DNA of 64,000 nucleotides from Chthoniobacterales bacterium. GTDB lineage: Bacteria; Verrucomicrobiota; Verrucomicrobiia; Chthoniobacterales; UBA10450. Below the pieces are notes generated by a model. That model searched no databases and had not been told where the DNA came from. It saw only the letters and a list, made by a program, of their open reading frames with translations. Where the stretch lies: contig JBBRYT010000001.1 in the NCBI GenBank assembly GCA_038237435.1, positions 152,656-216,655 of the forward strand. The letters run 5' to 3'. Each line of letters starts with the position of its first letter. The first letter of the stretch is position 1. Position numbers and translations under genes: made by a program. Shown here piece after piece: positions 39,367 to 50,438 of this stretch.

Positions 39367-39663
39367 TCACTGCTTTCCCGCTTTCACGATTTGCTCGAGC
39401 ACACGCAGATATTGGTCGAAAGCAGTGCGGCCTTTTTTCGTCAGCGCATAACTGGTTTGTGGACGGTCCAGCATTTCCTTCGTGTAAGCGACGAGCCCGA
39501 TTCGATGCAGTGTGCGCAAATGCGTGACGAGGTTGCCATCGCTCATGTTCAATTCGCTTTTCAAATCTTGAAATGTCCACGAAGGCCGCGCCGCCAGGAG
39601 CGTCATGATCGAAAGACGCCCCTTTTCGTGGATCGCTTTGTCGAGCTTGTCGAAATCCAGCAT
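39367..39663 (-). CDS. winged-helix transcriptional regulator (ArsR/MarR-like small HTH)
   Basis: 98 aa. RLSIMTLLAARPSWTFQDLKSELNMSDGNLVTHLRTL. Confidence 0.65.
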   Translation of the reverse strand: MLDFDKLDKAIHEKGRLSIMTLLAARPSWTFQDLKSELNMSDGNLVTHLRTLHRIGLVAYTKEMLDRPQTSYALTKKGRTAFDQYLRVLEQIVKAGKQ

Positions 39664-39666
39664 CGT

Positions 39667-40353
39667 TCATTCGAGGACGAGCGGTTGCGCCGCCGCGTTT
39701 CGTTCAGGCCGCCAGGTGAAGGCCGCGTAGATCAAATGGAAAAAACCAAAGGTCAAACCCATGGCGAAATTCGCGCCGATATAGCCGCGCAGTTCTTCAA
39801 TCGGCGGCAACACCGGGGATGACAAAATCAAAAGCCAAAAGACCGCGGTAAAAACGAAACTTCCCCCGAGAACAACGAGCGAGCGCGGCGCGAACGTCAT
39901 GGTCGAAAGAAGCGCGAGTCCGTAACAACCGATCCAAGTCAGTCCGAGAATCGTGGGCCCTTCCAGATCGCTCGGATTGCGCCAGCCGACGAAAGTTATG
40001 GCCGCGGCGATGAGAATACTCGGGACAACGGAACGCCAGGCGAGCCGCAGACCCGGAGAAAACAATGGACGGCCGTCGCGCTGCGCTTCTCGCCAGACGA
40101 AGAAGGTGTTCGCGCCGAGCGTAATCACCAGGACGATCAACCACGGCCCGATGAAGTCGCGCGTGGAAAAAGCGCCGACTCGCTCGCTCGCTCCAATGAC
40201 TCCGGCGCGTCGAAGCATCCAAATAGAGGCCGCGAGAGAAGCGAGACCGCCGATCAGGGCTGTTGGAGCGGAGATAGCGCGGTAAACCGTGGCCCGCTCC
40301 ATGAGAGAACGAATGATGCGCAGGTGTTCGGCGGCGCGTGTCCGTTCATCCAT
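39667..40353 (-). CDS. hypothetical polytopic membrane protein
   Basis: 228 aa with 5-6 TM helices. Lies 3 nt upstream of the HTH gene. Confidence 0.5.
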   Translation of the reverse strand: MDERTRAAEHLRIIRSLMERATVYRAISAPTALIGGLASLAASIWMLRRAGVIGASERVGAFSTRDFIGPWLIVLVITLGANTFFVWREAQRDGRPLFSPGLRLAWRSVVPSILIAAAITFVGWRNPSDLEGPTILGLTWIGCYGLALLSTMTFAPRSLVVLGGSFVFTAVFWLLILSSPVLPPIEELRGYIGANFAMGLTFGFFHLIYAAFTWRPERNAAAQPLVLE

Positions 40354-40411
40354 TGCTTCACTTTGTATTACAAAGTTAACGACCGCGCAACAAAAATTTC
40401 TTCGCGATTTT

Positions 40412-40900
40412 CTAAAGCGGCGAATGCACTGACAGCAACCACCAGATCACCATGCCGAACCCAAGCGCAAGCTTGCCAATCATGCCGGCGAGATTCCCCA
40501 GCAACGTTCCCCACCCTGCTTTGCCCGCGCTCACGAGTTTTTTGCCGGCGATGATTTCGCCAATGATCGCGCCGATGACCGGCGCGAAGAGCAATGTGAC
40601 GAAGCCTGTGAAGAGACCAACGATCACGCCGATGGCCGCGCCGATCACTCCCCACTTTGTAGCGCCAAAATATTTCGCGCCGAAATAACTGCTGACGAGA
40701 TCGAGCGCGTAGGAAATCAGCGTAAGGACAACCAATCCACCGATGCACCACCAGTTCGCGCCGAGTTGTCCCCCAACCATGACGCGATGAATCACGGCCG
40801 CGGCGAGAACGATCGTTGTTCCCGGAATAACCGGCAGGACGGTGCCGAGCAATCCAACCGCCATCAGAACGATGGTGAGCAGCCACCAGAAAAAATTCAT
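40412..40900 (-). CDS. DUF456 family membrane protein
   Basis: 162 aa. LPVIPGTTIV ... GAKYFGATKWG pattern. Confidence 0.7.
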   Translation of the reverse strand: MNFFWWLLTIVLMAVGLLGTVLPVIPGTTIVLAAAVIHRVMVGGQLGANWWCIGGLVVLTLISYALDLVSSYFGAKYFGATKWGVIGAAIGVIVGLFTGFVTLLFAPVIGAIIGEIIAGKKLVSAGKAGWGTLLGNLAGMIGKLALGFGMVIWWLLSVHSPL

Positions 40901-40980
40901 TCGTTAGACATCGCGCCCGTAATCCTTTTGACCCCGCACGCGCCGTTTCTATACTGAATTTTCACCTACATCTAACTTAC

Positions 40981-41475
40981 ATGGCACTACCCGTCGGCAG
41001 CAAAGCACCTGATTTCACTCTCCCTACCAAGACTGCTGACGGCTCAAAGCCGATCACACTCCGCGAAAACTTTGCGAAAGGAAATACGCTGCTGCTTTTT
41101 TTTCCGATGGCCTTCACCGGGACATGCACGACGGAAATGTGCGGGGTGAGTATGGACATCGCAGCTTATAGCAGCTTGAACGCGACCGTTTATGGAATCA
41201 GCGGCGACAATCCTTTCGCGCAGGAAGCGTGGGCTACGCAGGAGCATATCACCGTGCCGTTGTTGAGCGATTACGAACACGAAGTCGCGCGCGCCTACGA
41301 CGTGGCCTACGACTCGTTTCTCCCGCAAATGAGTTTGCCGATGGGCGGAGTCCCGAAACGCGCGGTCTTCGTGATCGATCGTTCGGGCGTCATTCAATAT
41401 TCGGAATGCAACGATGACGCGCGCGCGCTCCCGAATTTCGAGAAGATCAAAGCGCGCCTCGCGGAAATGAAATAA
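40981..41475 (+). CDS. peroxiredoxin (AhpE-like)
   Basis: APDFTLP ... [15 protein letters not shown] peroxidatic Cys context. Confidence 0.85.
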   Translation: MALPVGSKAPDFTLPTKTADGSKPITLRENFAKGNTLLLFFPMAFTGTCTTEMCGVSMDIAAYSSLNATVYGISGDNPFAQEAWATQEHITVPLLSDYEHEVARAYDVAYDSFLPQMSLPMGGVPKRAVFVIDRSGVIQYSECNDDARALPNFEKIKARLAEMK

Positions 41476-44339
41476 TGACTAACGAATTCAAAACTCTGCA
41501 GAAATTCGACGCCGGTAAAGGGCGTGAAAGTCAGCTTCATTCACTGCCCGCGCTGGAGGAGCAAGGCGTCGGACCGATCTCGCGTTTGCCGGTCAGCATT
41601 CGCATAGTGCTCGAATCTGTCCTGCGAAATTGCGACGGCAAAAAAGTTCGACGCAAGGACGTCGAGACGCTGGCAAACTGGAACGCGAAGAAGCCGGCGA
41701 ACGAAGAAATTCCATTCGTGGTCGCGCGCATTGTCTTACAGGATTTCACCGGTGTTCCGCTGGTGGTCGATCTGGCCGCGATGCGCAGCGCAGTAAAAAA
41801 TCTCGGCGGCGATCCGAAGATTATCGAGCCGCTCGTGCCGGTCGATCTGGTCGTTGATCACAGCGTGCAGGTTGATTTCGCCGGCTCGGCGGAAGCGTTG
41901 CGTTTGAACATGGAAATGGAATTCAAACGCAACCGCGAGCGTTACCAGTTTTTGTAATGGGGTCAGCAGGCCTTCAAGACTTTCGGTCTCGTCCCTCCCG
42001 GCATCGGCATCGTACATCAGGTGAATCTCGAGTATCTCGCGAAAGGCGTGCTTGAACGCGATGGGGTTTATTTTCCGGACACGCTCGTCGGCACCGATTC
42101 ACACACGACCATGATCAACGGCCTCGGCGTGGTCGGTTGGGGCGTCGGCGGTATCGAAGCGGAAGCAGGAATGCTTGGTCAGCCGGTTTATTTTCTTACG
42201 CCGGAGGTCGTTGGGGTGCAGATGACCGGTGAATTGCGCGAAGGCGTGACCGCAACCGATCTCGCACTGCACATCACGCAGATGCTGCGCGCACAAAAGG
42301 TGGTCGGGAAATTTGTCGAGTTTTACGGCGAAGGAGCGGCTTCGTTGCCGGTAGCGGATCGCGCGACGATCGGAAACATGTCGCCGGAATACGGCGCAAC
42401 CATGGGATTTTTCCCGATCGATGGAGAATCGGTCGCGTACTTGCGCGCGACTGGACGGACCGAAGAACAATGCGCCGCTTTCGAAAATTATTTCCGCGCA
42501 CAAAAAATGTTCGGCATGCCGAAGAAGGGCGAGATCGATTACAGCGTGGATCTCGCACTCGATCTCGCTGAGGTGCAGCCAAGCGTGGCCGGACCGAAAC
42601 GTCCCCAGGATCGCATTAACCTTCCCGAACTCGGCGACACGTTCCGCGACTTGTTCGCGAAGTCGATCAAAGATGGCGGCTATGGCAAGAATGCCGATTC
42701 TTTAACGCAGCGATTTCCCATTCATATGAACGGGCGTTCGCACGACAAGAACGACATGCCGTCGACCGATAAGCGTGACCAAGGAATTAATCCCGCTGAT
42801 CAGCTCAACAAAGTCGAGATGGTGGCGAATCGCCCAACGCCGGACTCCGTCGCCGAAATAAAAGCCGAAACGAATGTGACGCCGGCCGAGATGGGACCGA
42901 CCGCCGATTCCCGCATTGGCCATGGCAGCGTTTTGATTGCGGCGATTACAAGTTGCACGAACACGAGCAATCCGAGCGTGATGCTCGCTTCGGGTTTACT
43001 CGCCAAAAAAGCGGTCGAGCGCGGCCTGCGCGTCGATCCGTCGGTCAAGACTTCGCTCGCGCCGGGCTCACGTGTGGTCACGGATTATTTGAACAAGACC
43101 GGCCTGCAAAAATATCTCGACCAACTGGGCTTCAACACTGTCGGGTACGGTTGCACGACGTGTATCGGAAATTCAGGCCCGCTCCATCCGAAGATCGAAA
43201 AAGCAATTAACGAAAACGACCTCATTGCCGCATCGGTTCTTTCTGGGAACCGCAACTTTGAGGCGCGTGTGCATCAAAACATCAAAGCGAATTTCCTTAT
43301 GTCGCCGCCGCTCGTGGTTGCTTTCGCCTTGGCGGGACGCGTCGATCTCGATCTGTCCAAGGACTCGTTAGGCAAAGATCGCGACGGCAAAGACGTCTAT
43401 CTGCGCGACCTCTGGCCGACGCTGCAGGAAATCCGCGATACCCTGCGCACCGCGCTGACGCCGGAAGTTTTTCAGCGTTTGTATCGCGACTTCAGCGCTC
43501 AGAATCCGAAGTGGAACGAAATCCCGTCGAGCGTGGGCGAAATCTACGAGTGGGATGAGAAAAGTGATTACATTCATGAGCCGCCGTTCTTCCAGGATTT
43601 CGGGATGGAAGCGGGCCGCATCGAAGACATTTGCAACGCGCGGCCGCTCGGAATTTTTGGCGACTCGGTTACGACCGATCACATCTCGCCCGCGGGCGCG
43701 ATTAAGCCGACGTCGCCGGCCGGCCAGTATCTGAAGTCGCGCGGAATCGAGGCCGCGGATTTCAACAGCTACGGATCACGACGCGGGAACGACTTGGTAA
43801 TGACGCGTGGAACATTCGCGAATGTGCGGATCAAGAATCTGATGGTGCCAGGTGTAGAAGGCGGCGTGACGGTTCATCATCCCCACGGCGAACAAATGTC
43901 GATCTATGACGCAGCCACCAAATATCAGAGCGAAGGCACGCCGCTCGTCATTCTCGCAGGACATGAATACGGAACCGGTTCGTCGCGCGACTGGGCGGCG
44001 AAAGGGACGCGCTTGTTAGGCGTGAAGGCTGTAGTAGCGGCAAGTTTCGAACGCATCCATCGCTCGAATTTAGTCGGCATGGGTGTATTGCCGTTGCAGT
44101 TTGCCGAGGGAACGAATGCGCAAACCCTTGGGCTTGATGGCTCGGAAATTTTCAGCATCACCGGCCTGGGAGAAAAAATTCAGCCCGGACAAATGGTGAC
44201 GCTCGAAATCGCGCGCAAAGATGGCGCAAAACAATCCGTTCCGGTAAAGCTGCGCATCGATACCCCGATTGAGATCGATTACTACCGACACGGCGGAATT
44301 CTTCCGTTTGTTTTGCGGGAGTTGGTGGCGAAGAAGTAG
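41475..44339 (+). pseudogene. acnA: aconitate hydratase A interrupted by a single in-frame TAA (41955-41957)
   Basis: ORFs 41475..41957 and 42021..44339 are in the same frame. The junction reads ERYQFL[31 protein letters not shown], where aconitases have FL[KR]WGQ. The rest is full length and intact. Confidence 0.7.
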
Positions 44340-44342
44340 CCG

Positions 44343-45050
44343 CTAATCCGAACGCGCGAAAACTGAGACAAAGGAACCGTCCGCGATGAAGGCTGATTTC
44401 GGTGGCGCGGCCAGTGACTCGACAAATTTTATGCCGTAGAGCGTGGCGACGTCGGCCTTGAAGTCGAAGGAATCAGCCGTCCAGATCTTCCAGCGCGGAT
44501 GTTCGACGCGATACTCGCTCGTGCGTTGGCCGCGCGCGGTGTAGCCCCAGTAGTGTTCGGTAATGAATTCTTCGTGCGAGGCTTGCGAGATATTTTGCGC
44601 TTCGCCGTGCCCGGTCATCGCGAGACGCTCCCATTTTGTTCCGCGACGCCATTCATATTTCGCGCCGACTAGGCCGTCCTTCTCTTCGACTGCGCTGCGC
44701 ATGGGCAAGGCAAGGTAAGGCTCGCCGTAGAAAACGCGGGCCGTGACCGCGATGGCAATTTTCGGGACCAGTTCTCGAAGGAAAACAACGCCGCGGCGCC
44801 AGGTATCGGCAGATTTCTTGCGCACGTAAAAGCGAAGATTTACTTCTTCGAAATTGCGATGCCGCGGAATCGGCAGACCGAGAACGACCGTGTGATGGAA
44901 CAAGAAACCGACGACGCTGACGTATGTCTCACCGTGGAAAAAGTCGAGTTCTGTGCCGACCGGCACATGCGGTTCGAGCAACTTCGGATCGACCGCGAAG
45001 TTGAGCATGGCGAGGTAACGCCAGTTCGCGGTCAGGAACGGCTTCAGCAC
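44343..45050 (-). CDS. DUF2071 (YqjF-like) protein
   Basis: 235 aa. WRYLAMLNFAVDPKLLEPHVPVGTELD pattern. GTG start. Confidence 0.65.
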   Translation of the reverse strand: MLKPFLTANWRYLAMLNFAVDPKLLEPHVPVGTELDFFHGETYVSVVGFLFHHTVVLGLPIPRHRNFEEVNLRFYVRKKSADTWRRGVVFLRELVPKIAIAVTARVFYGEPYLALPMRSAVEEKDGLVGAKYEWRRGTKWERLAMTGHGEAQNISQASHEEFITEHYWGYTARGQRTSEYRVEHPRWKIWTADSFDFKADVATLYGIKFVESLAAPPKSAFIADGSFVSVFARSD

Positions 45051-45058
45051 TCGTTAGG

Positions 45059-47164
45059 CTATTGAATCAACTTCTCCAGCGACGGATTGGATTCTGCGCC
45101 GAGTTCTTTCGCCTTCGCGTAATGCCGCTTGGCCAATTCTTTCGCGGGCGGCTTATTGGTCGCGTAGATGACCGCGAGATTGTAATGCGCGTCGACGTAA
45201 TCCGGATTGGCCGCGATCGCTTCGAGCATCTCTTTTTCCGCAGCTTCCTGCCACCCCTTCTCGCTCGCGGTGATGCCGAGATAGTTGTGCGCGATGAAGC
45301 TCTTCGGATTAATCGCGAGCGCTTTCGTTAGCTCGGTCACGGCGTCGTCGAACTTTGCCTGCCGGTAATAAACGATGCCGAGCGTGCGTCGGGAAAATTC
45401 ATCTTTCGGCGCGAGGGTGACAGCTTTCTTCAACGTCAGCTCGGCCGCTTTCAGTCGACCGGTGCGGAAATAAACCGCGCCGAGATTTGAAAGCGCGTAA
45501 AGATTGTTCGGACTCTTCGTTAGAATTTCGTCGTAATCTTTTTCCGCGGCGCGGAATTTTCCGTTGTCGAAATTAGCTTTCGCAGCACGCGCCAGCGGGA
45601 CCAGTTCGTCCGGAACGCTTGGCTTGAAAGTCGTCTCCACATTCGGACCTGGCGTGCCAGCAGGTGTGCCGGGTTTGGCCATGGCAAAACTCGCGGTCAT
45701 ACCGGCCGGATTCGTGTCGGAAGTTGCAACGAGCGGTTGGCGGAGCAAAGCCAGCTCTTCCGCACTCAACTTCGTCACTGGTTGTGCAAGTAATTCGATC
45801 TGCTGATTGAGCGTTTCCGATTTGATTTGAAGCTTGTCGAATTCGGCCAGCATCAAGCGTTTCGCTTGTTCGCGACGCGCTTCTTCCTGGCGTTCGCGCA
45901 TAACAATCGCGCGCAGCATGTCGTTTTCTTTCGTCAGGCGCGCGGTCTCTTCCGGATTCGCGCCGGTTGTTTTCGCCTGGGTCAATTGCGTATTGGTGTC
46001 TTCCAATTGCTGGCGCAGCTCGGTGATGGTCGTTTCAAATTCCTGATTTTGTTTCTGGCTCGACGCGAGTTGTTGTTTCAGTTGTTCCACCTGCCGTCGG
46101 ACGTCCGCGACTTCCTGTTCCTTCTGCGGTTTGTCTGCGCTGATTTCGCGCACCTGTTTTTCTGCGTCGGCAAGTTTCTTTTGCAGATCGGAATTCTCCG
46201 CGACCAGCGCTTGCACGCGATCAGCAGCTTGCTTGGAATTCTTTAAATCGGCGACCAACTGATCGCGTTCCTTGGTGACGCTTTCGATCTGCACGCTCGC
46301 GTCGTTCGCTTTCGCGTTCGCAGCATCTTTCTCTTTTTCCGCAGCTGTGCGCCCTTGCTCAGCAGAAGCGAGTGCTTTCTTCAACTGCGCGATCTCGGCC
46401 TTCAACGCTTCCGAAACTTTCGCGTCGGTATTCCCGCCTGTTTGAATTTTCTTTAATGACTCCTGCGCGTTCGCTAGTTGATCGCGCGCGGTCTTTTCAG
46501 CGCCGTGTGCTTTTTGTAAATCGGCCTGCGCTTTTTCGAGCTTCGAACTGGTATCCTGTAGTTTGCCGTTGATCGCTTCCTTCTCTTTTTGCACCGAAGT
46601 GATTTGCGAACGCGACTTCTGCAGTTCTGCCTGAAGTTGGTCGACTTTGTCCTGCAATTCCTTGGTCGCTTTTTTTATCGCGGCGTCACTCGGTGCAGGG
46701 GCGGCAGCTATGGCCGGCGTCGCAGCCGGACGTTTCTCGTTTTCGCTCGGAACGGGCAAACGCGCGTTACCTGCGCCAATTTCTACACTCGGTTCTGCGG
46801 GCCCTGAATTCTGCGGAAGCAACGGCGCCGCGGGCTGCGCGGCTGGTTCGGAAGTCGCGGCCAGGTCCGCTTGCGTGCCGATTTTATTTTGCACGCGCAA
46901 AATGCTTTCGCCGATTTTGCGCGATCGATATTCAACAATCGCCGGCTGCCATTCGGCGTGCGATTTTTTCAACTCCTCGAGCAAACTTCCCGCGAACCGG
47001 AACTTGGCCAGCGCGGCTTTGAACTGATTGTCGTGCTCGAGTTTTTCGCCCTGCTGCGAAGTCATGTAGGCCTTGAGAAAGACCTCACTCGGATCATCGG
47101 ATTGCGCCCAGAGCGGCGCGATGATGAAGGAAAAACCGGCAAGGAGAATCCCGATTTTGTTCAT
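45059..47164 (-). CDS. secreted coiled-coil / TPR repeat protein
   Basis: 701 aa. Signal peptide, about 350 aa of heptad-rich Q/E/K/A coiled coil, and C-terminal TPR repeats. Confidence 0.7.
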   Translation of the reverse strand: MNKIGILLAGFSFIIAPLWAQSDDPSEVFLKAYMTSQQGEKLEHDNQFKAALAKFRFAGSLLEELKKSHAEWQPAIVEYRSRKIGESILRVQNKIGTQADLAATSEPAAQPAAPLLPQNSGPAEPSVEIGAGNARLPVPSENEKRPAATPAIAAAPAPSDAAIKKATKELQDKVDQLQAELQKSRSQITSVQKEKEAINGKLQDTSSKLEKAQADLQKAHGAEKTARDQLANAQESLKKIQTGGNTDAKVSEALKAEIAQLKKALASAEQGRTAAEKEKDAANAKANDASVQIESVTKERDQLVADLKNSKQAADRVQALVAENSDLQKKLADAEKQVREISADKPQKEQEVADVRRQVEQLKQQLASSQKQNQEFETTITELRQQLEDTNTQLTQAKTTGANPEETARLTKENDMLRAIVMRERQEEARREQAKRLMLAEFDKLQIKSETLNQQIELLAQPVTKLSAEELALLRQPLVATSDTNPAGMTASFAMAKPGTPAGTPGPNVETTFKPSVPDELVPLARAAKANFDNGKFRAAEKDYDEILTKSPNNLYALSNLGAVYFRTGRLKAAELTLKKAVTLAPKDEFSRRTLGIVYYRQAKFDDAVTELTKALAINPKSFIAHNYLGITASEKGWQEAAEKEMLEAIAANPDYVDAHYNLAVIYATNKPPAKELAKRHYAKAKELGAESNPSLEKLIQ

Positions 47165-47235
47165 TCAAAGAGAGGAGCGGATGATACGCGCTGCCGCCGG
47201 GGTTGCAATGGCGGCATCCATCACTCACGTAAGAA

Positions 47236-47251
47236 AGCGCGCGCCGTGCCA
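47236..47251 (-). promoter_or_regulatory. weaker sigma-54-type promoter candidate upstream of the coiled-coil/TPR gene
   Basis: The minus strand reads TGGCACG-GCGC-GCGCT, with GG and GC at the canonical 10-nt spacing. It lies about 70 nt upstream of ATG 47164. Confidence 0.3.
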
Positions 47252-47306
47252 CGAGGCGTTTGCCTTTGCAAACGCGGCCGCGAAAACTAAAGTCCCCCCT
47301 GCATTT

Positions 47307-47379
47307 GGTGGCCATAGCTCAATGGTAGAGCTCCAGATTGTGATTCTGGCTGTTGCGGGTTCGAGTCCCGTTGGCCACC
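47307..47379 (+). tRNA. tRNA-His (GTG) with encoded G-1
   Basis: GGTGGCCA acceptor including the extra 5' G. Anticodon loop TTGTGAT. T-arm GGTTCGAGTCC. No encoded CCA. Confidence 0.9.
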
Positions 47380-47400
47380 CGCCTCCTGTCTGCCGTAAAA

Positions 47401-48339
47401 CTACGCTACCGTTTCGGAGGGAAGCGGACGCGGGTCGCGGGAATTTCGCGAAGGCAAATCGGGATCGAGGAAACCCAAGGCGTGAGGCGGCTTGATCACG
47501 CGGACACCGGCCGCGCGCTGTTGGTCGACGATCTGATCGCGAAAAGCCTGCATGCGGGTCCAATGCACTTTCGGCCGGAAATGATGCTCAGCGTGGTAAC
47601 CGTTATAGAACCAGATCCAATTGTAGAGCTTATCGTAACTGCTCACGCCCCAGGCGATCGGTTCATCGGGATTTCCGCCGTAGTGGCGATAGTAGCCGTT
47701 CAAATAAGAAAGGCTGTGACCGAAGTACCAAAAGAAGAGGAGAAAACAGATGTAGTGCCAGTTCAAAATTCCGAGGGTTATGAACGTGCCGAAGAAAAAG
47801 ACGAGCTCGGTGATACCCCAAAAAGCTTCTTGCCCGTTCTTGCGTTTCAGTTCCAGGAAAACCGTCTTGGGATCCTCCCGAAAGAAACTGAGGAAAGCGT
47901 ACTTAAATGGGTGCTCCGCCTCGCCATCGTGACCGTGTTTGTAAATGGAAAGCCAATCGATCGTCTCGCCATCGTCATCCGGCCGGTCAGAATTGCCTTT
48001 GTGATGCTGCATGTGCACGCATTCATAAAAGACCTGACTGAAACCGACGGTGACCGATTCGACGACGCTGAAGAGCCGATTGAACAGCGACGAACGAAAA
48101 TAAGGATTATGAATAAAGTTGTGCGAGATGCCGTTGATGTTCCACGAGATGCTAATCGAATAGATGAAACCAAGCAGGAGCATGATCCAAAGCGGCGTGT
48201 GCGGAAAAAGGAAGAACATCCCAAAGAAATAGGCGCAATGCAGAAGCGCCGCGCCGACGGGGATTACATCCCAGCGAGTGTAGGCAAAAATTTTGGAATT
48301 TGTTTTCAGTCGCTCAGTCGCGACATCGTTTGAATTCAC
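47401..48339 (-). CDS. membrane fatty acid desaturase family protein
   Basis: His boxes HNFIH, HMQHH and HAEHH, with four TM segments. Confidence 0.8.
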   Translation of the reverse strand: MNSNDVATERLKTNSKIFAYTRWDVIPVGAALLHCAYFFGMFFLFPHTPLWIMLLLGFIYSISISWNINGISHNFIHNPYFRSSLFNRLFSVVESVTVGFSQVFYECVHMQHHKGNSDRPDDDGETIDWLSIYKHGHDGEAEHPFKYAFLSFFREDPKTVFLELKRKNGQEAFWGITELVFFFGTFITLGILNWHYICFLLFFWYFGHSLSYLNGYYRHYGGNPDEPIAWGVSSYDKLYNWIWFYNGYHAEHHFRPKVHWTRMQAFRDQIVDQQRAAGVRVIKPPHALGFLDPDLPSRNSRDPRPLPSETVA

Positions 48340-48398
48340 ACGACATCCTTACTCCATTTCACCAAATTTTTCTACTCGTGAGAGATTCAGTTTTTTCA

Positions 48399-48472
48399 GT
48401 GCCTGTAGCTCAACCGGATAGAGCTTCTGACTTCGGATCAGAAGGTTGGGGGTTCGAATCCCTCCAGGCACG
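48399..48472 (+). tRNA. tRNA-Arg (TCG)
   Basis: Acceptor GTGCCTG/CAGGCAC. Anticodon loop CTTCGGA. T-arm GGTTCGAATCC. Confidence 0.9.
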
Positions 48473-48490
48473 GAATTCTTAGCGCCCGGC

Positions 48491-49708
48491 ATGAATACGC
48501 CGCGACGTCCCCTCATCGTCCTGCTCGGCATGATGACCCGAATGCCGGTCGGCGGCGTCGTTTGGCAAACGATCCATTATATCGTCGGGCTACAGCGATT
48601 GGGATTCGAAGTTGTCTACATCGAGGATCACGGCGCGTATCCGGCGATGTTCACGAGCAAGGATGATCCCGATGGCGGCGAGAAAGCGGCTGAATTTATC
48701 GCCCGCACGTTGCAGGAGTTCGATCTGGGACTGCGATGGTCGTACCACGCCTGGCACGCGGAGCATCGCTATTACGGTCTTGATAAAACGCAGGTTATCC
48801 ACGTCTTTCAAAGCGCCGACGCGATCATCAACCTGCACGGCGGAACATTACCGCGCACCGAGCATCGGTCGCGCGGGGCGCTGATTTATGTCGAGACCGA
48901 TCCGGTCGCACCGGAAGTGGAGTTGCACAACAATCTCGAGGCGACGCACCAATTTTTAGACGCACACACAGCCTACTTCACGTTCGGCGAAAATCTTGGT
49001 GCACCGGATTGTAAAGTTCCGGTGCCGCCGGCGCGTTACAAATTCTTGGCGACTAGACAGCCAGTCGTTTTAGATTTCTGGCGGAGCACAGAACCGTCGG
49101 GCGGCGAAACTTTTACTACCATCGCTAATTGGCGTCAGCCCCAGCGACAAATGACGCTCAACGGGGAAGTTTATCATTGGAGCAAGCATCATGAATTCTT
49201 GAAATTTCTCGATTTGCCGCGGCGGACGACGCAGCAGTTCGAGCTCGCGCTTAGCAGCTACGAGCCGTCTGATTTTGAAATGTTAAAGGCGGAAGGATGG
49301 TTGGTGCGCAATGCGTTGGAATTTTCCACGGACCCGCAAGCCTATCGGCAGTATCTCCTGCAGTCGCGCGGAGAATGGACCGTGGCGAAGGACCAGAATG
49401 TTAGGCTGCGCAGCGGTTGGTTTAGTGATCGGGCTGCAACTTATTTGGCGGCTAGTCGACCGGTAGTGACCCAGGACACTGGCTTGGCGAATATACTTCC
49501 GACGGGCTCCGGACTTTTCGCGTTCTCCGACATGAACGAAATCTTGTCGGCCATCGATCGGATTAATACGGATTACGAAAAGCAGTGCCGCGGCGCAGCC
49601 GAAATCGCCCGTGATTATTTCGACGCGGAAATGGTGCTGGCGAAGCTGCTGAACGACGCCGGAGTCTCAATGCCCAAGATGAAAAAGGCATCAGCACTTC
49701 ATGCGTGA
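48491..49708 (+). CDS. hypothetical protein, possibly a GT-B/CgeB-like glycosyltransferase
   Basis: About 405 aa from ATG 48491. Only a general resemblance: an N-terminal Rossmann-like beta-strand and a C-terminal GT1-like tail. Paired with a YdjC-type deacetylase. Confidence 0.45.
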   Translation: MNTPRRPLIVLLGMMTRMPVGGVVWQTIHYIVGLQRLGFEVVYIEDHGAYPAMFTSKDDPDGGEKAAEFIARTLQEFDLGLRWSYHAWHAEHRYYGLDKTQVIHVFQSADAIINLHGGTLPRTEHRSRGALIYVETDPVAPEVELHNNLEATHQFLDAHTAYFTFGENLGAPDCKVPVPPARYKFLATRQPVVLDFWRSTEPSGGETFTTIANWRQPQRQMTLNGEVYHWSKHHEFLKFLDLPRRTTQQFELALSSYEPSDFEMLKAEGWLVRNALEFSTDPQAYRQYLLQSRGEWTVAKDQNVRLRSGWFSDRAATYLAASRPVVTQDTGLANILPTGSGLFAFSDMNEILSAIDRINTDYEKQCRGAAEIARDYFDAEMVLAKLLNDAGVSMPKMKKASALHA

Positions 49709-50438
49709 AAGCATGGACGAACGACGCGTCATCGTGAACGCTGATGATTTCGGATTAAGCGACGGAATCAACCGCGGAATTATCGAGGCGCACGAGACTG
49801 GGATTGTAACCAGCGCGAGCTTGATGGTTCGTTACCCAGCCGCACGGGAGGCTGCAGAGCTCGCGAAGACGAATCCGAAACTTAGCGTGGGCTTGCATTT
49901 CGATGTGGCAGAATGGCGTTATCGAAATGGAAATTGGAAAGTATTCTATCAAGTCATAGACGCCAAAGACGCCGCGGCGGTGGAAGTCGAATTGCAGCGG
50001 CAGCTCGCGCTATTTCAAGGTCTGATGAATCGCGCGCCGACTCATCTCGATTCACACCAGCACGTTCACAAGTCCGAGCCCGCGCGTACGATTCTGCTGT
50101 GCGCGGCCGCAAAATTGCGAATACCGCTGCGCGCTTGCGGCTCATTAGTCAGACATTGCGGAGATTTTTATGGTCAGACCGCTGCGGGTCAGTCATTTCC
50201 GAGCGGTATTTCTACATCGCGGCTAGGCGAGATGATCAAACGCATCGAACCCGGCTGGACAGAAATCGGATGTCACCCCGGTTACGCGGATAAGCTGGAC
50301 TCCGTTTATCTAATCGAACGCGAAATTGAGCTTCGTGTTTTGTGTAGCGCCGAGATTCGGCGCACGGTGAGAGAAAATGAAATTGACCTGGTCTCGTTTC
50401 GAGACTTGGCCGAAAGATTACGCGCCTCCAGTTGTTAG
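49701..50438 (+). CDS. ChbG/YdjC/HpnK-family carbohydrate deacetylase
   Basis: VIVNADDFGLSDGINRGIIEAHETGIVTSASLMV. Confidence 0.8.
   Translation: MRESMDERRVIVNADDFGLSDGINRGIIEAHETGIVTSASLMVRYPAAREAAELAKTNPKLSVGLHFDVAEWRYRNGNWKVFYQVIDAKDAAAVEVELQRQLALFQGLMNRAPTHLDSHQHVHKSEPARTILLCAAAKLRIPLRACGSLVRHCGDFYGQTAAGQSFPSGISTSRLGEMIKRIEPGWTEIGCHPGYADKLDSVYLIEREIELRVLCSAEIRRTVRENEIDLVSFRDLAERLRASSC

Noticed and set aside
47353-48333. 326-aa ORF antisense to the desaturase gene, starting inside tRNA-His
   Set aside because: The minus strand carries the three His boxes of a fatty acid desaturase. The plus ORF overlaps a tRNA and shows no family features.
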